DNA from: a virus
Taxonomy: Duplodnaviria; Heunggongvirae; Uroviricota; Caudoviricetes
Strand: one strand, 5' to 3'
Virus record (IMG/VR): IMGVR_UViG_3300027710_000009
Length of the DNA: 64,000 nucleotides
Shown here piece by piece: positions 9,591 to 19,840 of this stretch (the stretch's first letter is position 1; every line of letters starts with the position of its first letter). A program made the translations under genes and the position numbers. The notes under the pieces are model-generated. The model had not been told where the DNA came from. It ran no database searches and was given only the letters and a program-made list of their open reading frames with translations.

Positions 9591-10376
9591 TTAATCCCAA
9601 GTGCCACCGCTGGCCACCCAAGCACCTTCAATGTACATGAGATGCACTAGAGTTGCTCCAGGGGCGCCGCCGTCCAAACTTTCAAATGGGTACCAATCTA
9701 AATTGTCATATTCTGACACACTTTGACCGCCCCAGAGTCTGGCTCGTGCAATCGTAACCAAGCAGTGCTGTGGATCCCAAGCAGTGGCAGCTGACTGTTG
9801 TCTGGGAGTAAAGTACATGATCTGACCTTCGTAGCCATGATCCAAACTATACTGCCCAGCGTCAAGTTTTTGTACCTGGAATTCCAAGTCAAGAACCCTG
9901 GGGTTACTGGCCAATGTAGCAACTGAAAGCACAATGTTGTTGCCTTCTGTGCTGCCAAACTCTGCACCACTGAGTGTGACAGTGTCGTTTATCTTGTAGA
10001 ATTGGCCGCTGCCGGCGTATTGGACCTGTACGGTCGAGCCTTCATTGGTGATATCAACAACAAATGTGGCGCCAAAGCCGCGAGCACTGTTTGAACTCAG
10101 GTTGGGCACATCATAGTATGAGCCATCAGGGAGGCCTATGTTTGCGCCTGAGATGACGTTTACATTTCCAATTATACCAGCACCGTTGGTGGTAGGAGTA
10201 ATAGTCGAGATGCCGCCTATGTTTCGGCCAGTGTTACCGTCACGTTCATGTGATCGCAGTTGGCGAGTGTTGTAATCTCCGTCAACGGCTAAAAGTATGG
10301 TACCGTAGGCATGGCCAAGATCGTTATCGGGATTGGTGCTTAGTTGTGTTTCGCTGGTGTTTATTCTGTGTGTCAT
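9591..10376 (-). CDS. Putative virion structural protein
   Basis: Beta-rich; GSGQFYKINDTVTLSG repeat unit also seen in 19841..25099. Confidence 0.6.
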   Translation of the reverse strand: MTHRINTSETQLSTNPDNDLGHAYGTILLAVDGDYNTRQLRSHERDGNTGRNIGGISTITPTTNGAGIIGNVNVISGANIGLPDGSYYDVPNLSSNSARGFGATFVVDITNEGSTVQVQYAGSGQFYKINDTVTLSGAEFGSTEGNNIVLSVATLASNPRVLDLEFQVQKLDAGQYSLDHGYEGQIMYFTPRQQSAATAWDPQHCLVTIARARLWGGQSVSEYDNLDWYPFESLDGGAPGATLVHLMYIEGAWVASGGTWD

Positions 10377-10395
10377 TGTTGTTACCTTTGTTTAA

Positions 10396-13188
10396 TTAGT
10401 CAAAATGATTCTTTGTTTCTGAACCATAAAACACCTTGGCGGTCCATTGAACAATCACAGTTTCATTGTCGAAATAGCTGCCTCGGTAGTACAGTTTGCG
10501 TTCTGAATTGTTGACGTTGTATGGTCTTTCCCAGAAGCTTTCGTCCTCAACGCTAAAACCACTTTGAGTTTCTGAGTGGGTGACTCTGTTGTCAGAATCG
10601 TCCTTGGCAATCATGATCTGTCCAATAAAATTACCGGCATCGTCACTGGCGAACGCATGGTAGTCAATTACAGCGCCGCGGAAATTGTATGGACCATTTG
10701 GCAGGTCTGCCGCGTCCCACCATAACACAGGTGCGGCAGGCACGCCTATTGTCATGGATACCGCACCCACATTGGCTGTGGGTCGGAACGGAGTGCTGTC
10801 ACTGGTGAAGTTTATGGTGCCAACATCGTTGGCTCTGTTGTAACCAGTTATGCGATACACAGTTGATGTATTGCTGAATCTCAAGGACGGCGGATTGTTT
10901 ACAAAATTGCTGTCATCGTCCCATCGAGCCAATGCCTCATCAAGCCCAGCGTAGGTGGCCGCATTAATGGTAACTGAATTGCCGCTGGCAATGTTGGCCG
11001 CTAATGCCACGCTGGTAAACTCGTCACCGCCGGGCCATTCAATCACCGCCATGCCCGACACTTGTTCACAACGCCATTCGTTTGCAGGATAGATACCAGC
11101 ATAGCCTGGGCTGGTGTGTCGTGCCAGTACCGGAGTGTAGGCTGTGATTTGTGTTGTGCCATCAGCAAAGCGAATGCCTGGCTGATAGTCAGGATTGATT
11201 TCTCTGCGTGTGTATTGTAAAAATGGTTCGTCACCGTTGTTGTAGCCTGTGAACTTGATGGCAAAGTAACGATCTGTGGCAATGTCTTTCATGACCAATA
11301 GTGCGCCAACAATGTTTTGTTGAAAGCTACTGTTTTCGTCGTAGGCAAGAGCACGATAAAAATTAGTGTATGATCTGTCTCTTACATTGCTAAAATCATC
11401 CCAGCCATCTGTGTTCCAAACTGTGCCCCGAGGAGCCACTCTGTCTTGATCATAATCAAGGTCAGCAGGTGTCTCCTGTGCGATGTTGTACAGATTTTCA
11501 CCTTCAACACGAGTCAACACCACATTGGCTGTGATTTCATCAGAGAGTTCGTCGCCTGCGTTCACAATAGTAAAGGTCACAGGATCGCCAATGTACCAGT
11601 CAGCCGCACCAGTCAGCTGAATATTGCCAGTTGCAGGCATGCTGCCTGCAACACTTGAGCCACGGTAGGCCACATCCACAAAGCCTGTCATGGTGATGTC
11701 GTTGTTGTCAACCACACGAGTCCAGGTCTGCAAGTCTGTTGATGTCAACAGGTCGTCGTCAAGGTTGCCCACAAAAGCCACATTGCCCACAATGGCCACG
11801 CCAGTGATTGGCCAACCATGACTCCATGTCAGTGTGGCATTGCCTGAGATTGCGCCCAGGTTGGCCCAGGCTTCAGCATTGGCCAAAGTGGTCATTGCAG
11901 GATTGGTATAGATGGTATATGTGTCTATTCCAGCGTTAGCGCCAAGATATTGTGTATAGTATGTGCCGTTGTAGCCAGACACTGATGCATTGGAAATGGT
12001 GATGCGTTCGGCTTCACTTTGGTCCCAGATCTGCCATTCACTGCTAGGAATTTCAATTGTTGACAAGGCAGCATCAATGGCCACAATGTTTGCAGTATAA
12101 GGAGCAGGCACAGATACAACATAACTGACACCGTTGTCACGAGTTGCAGCCACAGCACCTGTGTGGGCGCCAAACATGTGCCAGTTTGATGTATTGCCCT
12201 CAAAGGTGATTGGACCGCTGGCCTGTGCTACAAAGCCGTAACCTTCGTTGTCAGGTATGTACTTCAGTGTGTCATAAACCGCAGCCGCAACGTTGGAATT
12301 GGCGCTCCAGGTGGCAGTTGGTGTTGCAGTGATTGCCACATTGGCATTGCTGGAGAAGCGAGCACGGCCAAGGTTATTGTCGATTGACCCATCAAATGCC
12401 ACCCAGCTGTTGCCGGACCAGCCCACATGGTCAAGATCTAGGCCAAGTTCATCGGTCCAAGTGTCTTCTGCATATATCTGTGCAGTTGTGATGTCTGACA
12501 CAAAAAAACCGTCGCCGGGGCCTCCACCAAAATCTTTATTACCAAACAGCCAACCAGTGCCATTGTACGCCACTCGATTAAATTGCACCCCACCTTCTTG
12601 CTGGCCTCGTATGGTCCAGTTGTAGCCGTCCTCACTGTAGGCCCAGGCTGGTCCATTTGGACCTTCACCTATGAGATACCCACAGGCCACATAGTAGCCA
12701 CCGCCATAGATCACATCCAGCCAAAAGAGATAATAATCCTGGGCGTCAATGTTCACAGACAGGGTGTTGACCAGTTCAACTGGCTTGCTTTGGACATTTG
12801 GAGCATAGAACAAACATGGATCGCCGTTGCTGGTTTGACCAACATAGACCACTGCATCAGGTCCAATGGCCACGCTACGGCACAGTGTGCCGTTGTCTTC
12901 ACCCATGCCAATTTCATAAGTGGGTGTCCAGGTTTCAGCGTCATGACTGTAGCTGGTTCCGCCCGAGGAGTTCACGGCAATCCACAAGGGTTTGTTTGTG
13001 ATATCTGTTTCAGTCAACCCGCCTGCAGAAGCAGAGGAATATTCCAAACTGACCCATGGAGTAGAGCCATCACCGTATTTTACCCGGTTTGTGTTGGTTT
13101 CCAAGCCAGGTTCGCCCTGTGCTAGAGTAGGGTTGGTTGCTGTCCAGTTTGCCGCTGTGTCGCGTCGGATTTGTATTTTACTTGCCAT
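10396..13188 (-). CDS. Tail fibre / receptor-binding protein with Mtd-N-like domain
   Basis: IQIRRDTAANW...NP.L..GEPGLETNT.RVKYGDG; propeller-like S.DG..W repeats. Confidence 0.8.
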   Translation of the reverse strand: MASKIQIRRDTAANWTATNPTLAQGEPGLETNTNRVKYGDGSTPWVSLEYSSASAGGLTETDITNKPLWIAVNSSGGTSYSHDAETWTPTYEIGMGEDNGTLCRSVAIGPDAVVYVGQTSNGDPCLFYAPNVQSKPVELVNTLSVNIDAQDYYLFWLDVIYGGGYYVACGYLIGEGPNGPAWAYSEDGYNWTIRGQQEGGVQFNRVAYNGTGWLFGNKDFGGGPGDGFFVSDITTAQIYAEDTWTDELGLDLDHVGWSGNSWVAFDGSIDNNLGRARFSSNANVAITATPTATWSANSNVAAAVYDTLKYIPDNEGYGFVAQASGPITFEGNTSNWHMFGAHTGAVAATRDNGVSYVVSVPAPYTANIVAIDAALSTIEIPSSEWQIWDQSEAERITISNASVSGYNGTYYTQYLGANAGIDTYTIYTNPAMTTLANAEAWANLGAISGNATLTWSHGWPITGVAIVGNVAFVGNLDDDLLTSTDLQTWTRVVDNNDITMTGFVDVAYRGSSVAGSMPATGNIQLTGAADWYIGDPVTFTIVNAGDELSDEITANVVLTRVEGENLYNIAQETPADLDYDQDRVAPRGTVWNTDGWDDFSNVRDRSYTNFYRALAYDENSSFQQNIVGALLVMKDIATDRYFAIKFTGYNNGDEPFLQYTRREINPDYQPGIRFADGTTQITAYTPVLARHTSPGYAGIYPANEWRCEQVSGMAVIEWPGGDEFTSVALAANIASGNSVTINAATYAGLDEALARWDDDSNFVNNPPSLRFSNTSTVYRITGYNRANDVGTINFTSDSTPFRPTANVGAVSMTIGVPAAPVLWWDAADLPNGPYNFRGAVIDYHAFASDDAGNFIGQIMIAKDDSDNRVTHSETQSGFSVEDESFWERPYNVNNSERKLYYRGSYFDNETVIVQWTAKVFYGSETKNHFD

Positions 13189-13228
13189 TTTGGAATGTCC
13201 TTGTATCCTATCGTGTATTTATTGCTTT

Positions 13229-13933
13229 TTATATTCCCCAGCGTCCGCGGGTTGTTTGAAAGTTCTGTAGTACTTCTGCGTCTGACAGGGCTCGTGTGTA
13301 TAGCCTAAATTCCCCAAAATCTGCTGTGAGTGCGCTGCCGTTGCCAAAGTTGGTGACAGAAGCAGTAAACATGTCAAAAAACATGGGATTGACGCCGTAG
13401 TCTCTTGGGCTGACCTCTGGGCTAAAATTGGATGTGTTTACCAAGGCGCCGTTGTAATAGGTTTTGAGTGCGCCGTCTGTGACGTAGGTCACTACATAGT
13501 GTTGCCACGCATCTCTTGTGATTGCGGGATTACCGCCTTCGTAGCCAGCACTGCCGCCGGTCCAATAGCCAGGAACCAGTGTGGTTGCACTGATTTCAAC
13601 TGCACTCACTGTGTAGCCACCTGTAGCTTGTTTGATCAACAATGCGCCATTGTTGCTGCCTGTGGTACGCACCCAGAATTCGTAGGTGTAGTCGTTGTTG
13701 GTGAGTGTGGTGGTATCAATCGTATCTGTTGTCAATGACTGTGAGCCAGTAAACACCAGATAGTTGCCTGTCTGTGCGGGACTACCTGTGCGTGTGAGTC
13801 CTGCCCAGTTGTTGGTACTGGTGGCATCAAACAAGGGTGTGCTCACAATAGGGCCAGCGGCAGGCTGAGCCTTGACTGTGAGATTCTTGATGGTGGCGTT
13901 GGTTATCAACATAAAATATTCTTTATAATGCAC
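13229..13933 (-). CDS. LamG / concanavalin A-like domain protein
   Basis: TYEFWV, WQHYVVT, YYNG, RLYTRALSDAEVLQNF. Confidence 0.8.
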   Translation of the reverse strand: MHYKEYFMLITNATIKNLTVKAQPAAGPIVSTPLFDATSTNNWAGLTRTGSPAQTGNYLVFTGSQSLTTDTIDTTTLTNNDYTYEFWVRTTGSNNGALLIKQATGGYTVSAVEISATTLVPGYWTGGSAGYEGGNPAITRDAWQHYVVTYVTDGALKTYYNGALVNTSNFSPEVSPRDYGVNPMFFDMFTASVTNFGNGSALTADFGEFRLYTRALSDAEVLQNFQTTRGRWGI

Positions 13934-14882
13934 CCACTAGAGTTACTGTGACATAGCCATTGCCCAGGATGGTGTTTCCTGTTGCTGACACACTAGACAA
14001 GTTTAGAGTATAACTACCGCCGCCGGCGGCTGCGAAGGTTTGACCAGCATCGCCAGCACCACCACCGTTGTATCCGCCGCCGCCAGAGCCGCGAGCACTT
14101 CCGCCGCCGCCACCACCAAATCCGCCTACAGATTCGCTGCCGTTGCCAGGACCGCCATTGGCTCCAAATCTAAAACTGCGGCCGCCCAAGACTAATCCGC
14201 TGGATGCGCCACCGTTACCAAAAAAGCCGCCACCACCACCTGGATAGCCACTAGTGCTTTGATTCTCGCCGGCAGCACCATTCTGGCCACCATTTACGTT
14301 TGAGCCGCCACCGCCGCCACCGCCTGTGGCTTTATTATAACCTGGGATAAATCCCGGAGTTACTGCCACGTTGCCGCCGGCAGGAAATATGTTTGATGAG
14401 AGGCCATTTCTGCCGCCACCGCCACCTGCTATAGCTATGATACTGGCATTTGAGTTAAACGGAGCTCTAACAACAAATGATGCACCGCCACCTGATCCAT
14501 AACTGGCAATAGTATTAGCACCACGTTGTCCCACTACAATTTGAATGACTTCTCCACGAATGAGTGTGGTAGTGCCAGACACCAGCGCACCCAAGCCCAC
14601 ATTGGTTCCACCGCTGGCGCCAGCGGCTGTTATAGTATACGTACCAGTGGCAGGAACCGTCCAAGTTTGAATGCCAACTGGTGATGTAAAATACTCATCG
14701 CTGTTGATCCAGGTGTTGCCTGTGGTGTCGTAGATAGCACGTAGATTGGCAGTGGTAGGACCAAATCTACCCACGCTGTTGGCATTAGTAAATGTCCAGG
14801 TGGCGAAGGCATACAAGGGAGGATTACCCTGTATGTTTGCACCGTTGATGTTTCCGCCGTTAATATCCATGTTAATACCCAA
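13923..14882 (-). CDS. Glycine-rich virion protein
   Basis: GIQTWTVPATGTYTITAAGASGG followed by poly-Gly tracts. Confidence 0.75.
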   Translation of the reverse strand: MGINMDINGGNINGANIQGNPPLYAFATWTFTNANSVGRFGPTTANLRAIYDTTGNTWINSDEYFTSPVGIQTWTVPATGTYTITAAGASGGTNVGLGALVSGTTTLIRGEVIQIVVGQRGANTIASYGSGGGASFVVRAPFNSNASIIAIAGGGGGRNGLSSNIFPAGGNVAVTPGFIPGYNKATGGGGGGGSNVNGGQNGAAGENQSTSGYPGGGGGFFGNGGASSGLVLGGRSFRFGANGGPGNGSESVGGFGGGGGGSARGSGGGGYNGGGAGDAGQTFAAAGGGSYTLNLSSVSATGNTILGNGYVTVTLVGAL

Positions 14883-16287
14883 ACCTGGTTTTGTAAGCCG
14901 CGTGTTGGGCTTGTATTTCAGTCAAGGTCAATTCTCCGTCCCAGACTTTGACAAATCCGATATCAGCATCTACTTGTTCACTGTTGGTAGTAGTATTGGC
15001 AAATCTACCCCACAATCTTAAACCATTAAATCCGCCATTGTCACTGCCGGTGCCGTTGGTACCTGTAGGTGCTGTGTTGGTAGCTATGTAGCTTTTGCTT
15101 CTAGTTGCGCTCACAGTACCAGTACAAGTAAACCAAATAAAGCGCCAGGCAGTATTTGCGGCAGTGGAACTAGAGCCAATGAATGAGCCAGCAAATGCAA
15201 TGTCCATTCGTGCGGCAGGTGCACCCCATAGGCCCATCAAAAAGTCCGGAGAAGCTGTGTTGGCATTTAGCAATCTACCAGCGGTAACGCCATTCCACTT
15301 GTAGGCCATGCCCACAGTGTAGGCTTGTGTGCTACTGGTAAAATCAGGACCAAAAGTCATAAAATTATTAGTAGATGCTGAGGTCACTCTAAACACACCA
15401 CCGTTATCACTGCTCCATGAAATCCTTGGTGTAGGATTTTGCACAGTTATAGGATAAGCACCAGTGGCATCATAAGAGGTAAACGGATACTGTAAAGAAA
15501 CACTGGTAGTGCCTACATTGGTCACTGTTAATGCGTTTGTTGAACTATCTGTAAACGGCACAGTGGTCAGTGGCAATAGTAACTGTGTTTGCCCAGCAGT
15601 GATGGCCGAAATATTTGTACCTGCGTTTTGTGTCAATGCCAGCGGACTTGTGGGTACCGTGAATGTGCCGGTGTACACAGCAACACCTCTAACCACACGA
15701 ACATTGGACAAGTTACCACTGCCGTTGGCACTGGCACCGTGGTCGCCCATAATACGAAGTTTCATATCAGCACCCATGTCTAGTACGTTAGCTGAGTATG
15801 TGCTACCTGCTTGTGTTCCATCAACCCACATTTTGATAGAACCCGACTGTCGGGTTATTGCTATGTGATGCCAAGCGTTGAGCAAGGATGCTATTGATGG
15901 GCCAGTAATTTTTGCACCGCTGCCTCCTGTGCCATCTGTGTATAGGTCAAGAGTGGTGCTGGTAATTCTACCAAAGTCAAATCTAGTAACGGGATAACTG
16001 CCTACACCCGGATCAGACCAAAAATCAAGCACATCGCTTCGTTGATTCACGGTGGGTCTCCACCAACATTCAATAGTAAAATCTGCTGTGCCAAAACCAA
16101 ATGCTGCGGTTGAGGCGATGTCAAAATATTGTGTGCTTCCATTAAAGTTAGCACTCAACCCCGTATAAGTGGCCGCATCTAGATCAAGTACCAGACTGGC
16201 TGAGGTTGTCAATGCGGCAGCTACCACAGGAGGTTTGTATACTCTCTGTGCGGGCTGGTGTAAAGCACTAAATCGTCCTAGTTTCAT
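14872..16287 (-). CDS. LamG domain virion protein
   Basis: FGTADFTIECW, WHHIAITR, SNVRVVRGVAVY. Confidence 0.8.
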   Translation of the reverse strand: MKLGRFSALHQPAQRVYKPPVVAAALTTSASLVLDLDAATYTGLSANFNGSTQYFDIASTAAFGFGTADFTIECWWRPTVNQRSDVLDFWSDPGVGSYPVTRFDFGRITSTTLDLYTDGTGGSGAKITGPSIASLLNAWHHIAITRQSGSIKMWVDGTQAGSTYSANVLDMGADMKLRIMGDHGASANGSGNLSNVRVVRGVAVYTGTFTVPTSPLALTQNAGTNISAITAGQTQLLLPLTTVPFTDSSTNALTVTNVGTTSVSLQYPFTSYDATGAYPITVQNPTPRISWSSDNGGVFRVTSASTNNFMTFGPDFTSSTQAYTVGMAYKWNGVTAGRLLNANTASPDFLMGLWGAPAARMDIAFAGSFIGSSSTAANTAWRFIWFTCTGTVSATRSKSYIATNTAPTGTNGTGSDNGGFNGLRLWGRFANTTTNSEQVDADIGFVKVWDGELTLTEIQAQHAAYKTRFGY

Positions 16288-16290
16288 TGA

Positions 16291-19200
16291 TTATCCATAA
16301 CTGCTTTGTTGTCCTAGCACACGATAAGTACCGTTGCCTAGGTTTATCAAACTGATACTGACAATGTCAGTGTTGCTGGCTGTGCCTGTTGGTACTGTTG
16401 TGCCTGCCCATCTGATTGTTTGTACGCTGCCACCATTTATTTGAAGATTGGCAATGCGATAAGGAGTAGCGCCTTGATCAATGATCACAGTAAAGCCAGT
16501 CACTGTTGATAGACTGTTTGCAATACCCACAATATTAGCTGTAACGTTGGCAGTGAGCGCGGCATAGAACACTGAACTGTTTGCAAAGTTGAATGTGATA
16601 TTGCCACCTGTGTTAGACACATTGCTGTATGTTTCGTAATAGGAAGCAGTCTGTATTATGTTGCCTGTGGTCATCACACCATTGCTGAGGAAGCTGGTTA
16701 CATAGGCACCTGCTGTGATTGTGGTGTTGCTGGTAGCACCAATGATGTTGCCCACACCTGAAATGTTACCAGCTGATGTGATTGCAATGTTAGCAGTACC
16801 AGAAATATAACCACCTGCAATAACTGCATTGGATGTGTATATGTTTGTGGTATTAACGTTACCTGTGGTTATCGAACCAGTGCCTGACCCAACACTCACT
16901 GCCACTGTGGATGCACCCATGTTGATTGTGGTTGCCGCACCACCCAAGTTGATAGTGGTTGCAGTGGTGTTAAACAATGCGCCAACAGACTGTGATGTTA
17001 TCAAACCACCAGCACCAGCAATGGTCATTGTACCTGCACTGGCAATACTAATACTGTTTTGTGTTGCAAAAGTACTGCCGTTCAAGCTCGCCCATAATCC
17101 AAATCCTTGGACTGAGCCTGCTGTTACAGCACCAGTTGTACCAGCCCAGCTAAAACTACCGCCGCTTATAGAGAACTGTGCGGCTCCGGTTTGTGTGTTT
17201 CTAGCATACATTGCACCATTGGCACCAAAGTAAGCATTGTTTAAGATATAGGTGCCGCCAAGTTGATTGCTACCTGCTCCAATTGTGGTTGTGTTACCAA
17301 TAAACGTTTGTGTAACGTTGGCCTGTAGCGCAGGTCTTGTGACAGGGTTACCAAGGTATATGGCTGTGTTGGCTGCTAGATACGCTGCTACATCTGCATT
17401 GGCATAACTACCTCCACCGCCTGCTACAGTTGATAATATGTTTACGCCATTAGCAAATACCACTGCTTTGTCGTTGGGTATAATCAAGTTGCCGGTTTTG
17501 ATTTCAAGGCCCGCGCTGGTTATCACTGTTCTCTGACCATTGTTGGTAAAGATTTCAACACTTCCAGCTTTGACACCGTATCCATCTTGGCCGTTGCGAT
17601 ACACAGTGATGTCGTTGTCAGCCCAGAGTCTAAACTCCCCGTTGTTGCTGATGGTAGCAGTATTTCCAAATGTGGTTACACCATTGGCTTGTAGCGCAAC
17701 TTCGCTGCCACCGTTGGTTAGTCTGGTGGTTGCATTTGCCGCTGTCTGGAACGCACTGAGTGGAACTGATTTCCAAATTGCAGGCTGAGTTGGATTGGTC
17801 AGTGTGGCGTTACCGCCTGTGGGCGAGCCGTACGGGGTACCAACCCAGGTAATCTGCCAACTGCCGTATCCATCATCGGATATGGTATCAATGGTAAAAT
17901 CGTACCCGCCTTGACTAACGATCCATCCCACTTGTGGAGTTGGGTATGCACCTTGTGTTATAAACAGCGTGTTACTAACTGCACCGCCCCAACCCACTAT
18001 GTAGACATTTGAAGCAAAGGTGCTGGTGCAATAGTAAATGTAGTTGCTGTCCACGCGAACCATGCCAGCTCGGTCGCCTGCGGATCCTGACAGTGTGCTG
18101 GGTGCAGGTCCTGACACTATCAAGTTGGCCACATTTGCTGTGCCAGTTGCTGTTACATTGCCAACATTGATGTCCACATTGCCAAACGCCAAGGGAGCAG
18201 AGTATCGTATTTCAAACGAATTGGTTACACCGTTGACTGCATAGCTGTATCCTAACAATCCGTAACTAAAATCACCAGTGGCATCACTATAGGTTTCAGT
18301 GGTAACTGATGTGCTGATACTGGTCACACCTGTGATTGTGTCAAATATGTTTACGCCATTGGCAAAGTTGTACTGTGTGGCAGTAACATTGCCGTTGGCA
18401 GTGATGCTGGTCACACCATCAATCACACTGGTGGCACTAGAATCAAATATTAAATTACCACCAGTTGGGAATGTTAATGTACCGTCTGCGTCAAAGATCC
18501 ATTCAATGAATGCTTCAGGACCGGTGGTGGCTCCAGTTTGAATAGCAACAGCACCAGTTGTGTCATTGAACGCAACCAAGGCTATGTTGCCTGGTTCAAA
18601 TTCAAACTCACTCCAGCCAATATAGGTAGCGGCATTGCCGGTTGTGGCCACTGTGATCTCAGCATTGGCCTGTGATATTATGGTGCCAGAACCAAGTGGG
18701 TTTGACCCTATTATTAAGTTGCTTGGGAATGTTAGGCTACCAGCATAATCAAAGTTCCATTGATTAGAGTAGTCATCGCCTGTGCGTAGAGTTACATTAC
18801 CACCGTTGTGTGCTATACCATTATATCCTAATCCACCAGATATTATGGTGTCACCACCCGGTATACTACAGCCCTGGGTGTGACCTGCGGTGATGTATAA
18901 ATCGGTTCCTGGACCATTGCCAAATCCGCGATTGGGCTGATCAAGGTTACCTGTGATTGTTAGGTTACCGGCAGTGATATTACCAGTGGCTGGGAATGTT
19001 GTTGTACCGTTGGAATAGAATACATAGTCTGTGGTGTCGGCTGTGATGGTTACATTGGTACCTAGGCCTGTGATATCACTGCCAGAAAATGTGATGTCGC
19101 CGGTGCTGGCTGCAAGATTGCTCAGTATGCTTACACCATTGCTGAATTGGTAAGCAGGACTTCGTATGGAGTCCGTCACTGTGATCACATCCACATTGCC

Positions 19201-19839
19201 AATTCGTGCTGTGCTTGAAGTAAATTCAATGTCCCCATCAAATTCTAACAGGTAACTGGCCACAGTGGCATTTGAGTATGTGCCAGCACCCACTGTGCTG
19301 AGTATGTTTACACCGTTGGCAAAGTTGATGTTGCCATCGGTAGGTAATGTCAAGGTGCCATCTGTGCCAAAGGTCCAAGAATATTGAGTGCTGTTACCTT
19401 GTGAGGCGATTTCAACTCCGCCTCCCCAAGGAAGTTTTACATAATTACTGTCATCACCTAAGAATAAATCAAGGGCCTGCTGTCCACCTTTCATTATATG
19501 GAAATGATCAGCTAGGCCAATTTCAGGACTGTTGCCCAGCAATATTGTACCACGGTCCGTGGTTATTGGTACACCAGAGAAAGTATCAGCATCTCCTATG
19601 GTAGAACCGTTTGGTAATGTTAATGCACCAGTTGATTCAAGACTAACTGTGTTTGCACCGTTGACCAATGTGCTGCCGCTGGTAGTGGCATAGGCCAGTG
19701 CAGTCCAGACTGTGTTGCCATCACCATACTTGACCCGGTTGGTGTCTATTTCTAAACCTGGTTCTCCATCCTCTAGAACAGGATTGACTCTGGTCCAGTT
19801 AGCGGCTGTGTCTCTTCGTAGTTGTATTCTATTTGCCAT
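16291..19839 (-). CDS. Long tail fibre with Mtd-N-like domain
   Basis: IQLRRDTAANW N-terminus; repeated W.F...G.L..P and FANGVNIL modules. Confidence 0.8.
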   Translation of the reverse strand: MANRIQLRRDTAANWTRVNPVLEDGEPGLEIDTNRVKYGDGNTVWTALAYATTSGSTLVNGANTVSLESTGALTLPNGSTIGDADTFSGVPITTDRGTILLGNSPEIGLADHFHIMKGGQQALDLFLGDDSNYVKLPWGGGVEIASQGNSTQYSWTFGTDGTLTLPTDGNINFANGVNILSTVGAGTYSNATVASYLLEFDGDIEFTSSTARIGNVDVITVTDSIRSPAYQFSNGVSILSNLAASTGDITFSGSDITGLGTNVTITADTTDYVFYSNGTTTFPATGNITAGNLTITGNLDQPNRGFGNGPGTDLYITAGHTQGCSIPGGDTIISGGLGYNGIAHNGGNVTLRTGDDYSNQWNFDYAGSLTFPSNLIIGSNPLGSGTIISQANAEITVATTGNAATYIGWSEFEFEPGNIALVAFNDTTGAVAIQTGATTGPEAFIEWIFDADGTLTFPTGGNLIFDSSATSVIDGVTSITANGNVTATQYNFANGVNIFDTITGVTSISTSVTTETYSDATGDFSYGLLGYSYAVNGVTNSFEIRYSAPLAFGNVDINVGNVTATGTANVANLIVSGPAPSTLSGSAGDRAGMVRVDSNYIYYCTSTFASNVYIVGWGGAVSNTLFITQGAYPTPQVGWIVSQGGYDFTIDTISDDGYGSWQITWVGTPYGSPTGGNATLTNPTQPAIWKSVPLSAFQTAANATTRLTNGGSEVALQANGVTTFGNTATISNNGEFRLWADNDITVYRNGQDGYGVKAGSVEIFTNNGQRTVITSAGLEIKTGNLIIPNDKAVVFANGVNILSTVAGGGGSYANADVAAYLAANTAIYLGNPVTRPALQANVTQTFIGNTTTIGAGSNQLGGTYILNNAYFGANGAMYARNTQTGAAQFSISGGSFSWAGTTGAVTAGSVQGFGLWASLNGSTFATQNSISIASAGTMTIAGAGGLITSQSVGALFNTTATTINLGGAATTINMGASTVAVSVGSGTGSITTGNVNTTNIYTSNAVIAGGYISGTANIAITSAGNISGVGNIIGATSNTTITAGAYVTSFLSNGVMTTGNIIQTASYYETYSNVSNTGGNITFNFANSSVFYAALTANVTANIVGIANSLSTVTGFTVIIDQGATPYRIANLQINGGSVQTIRWAGTTVPTGTASNTDIVSISLINLGNGTYRVLGQQSSYG

Positions 19840-19840
19840 G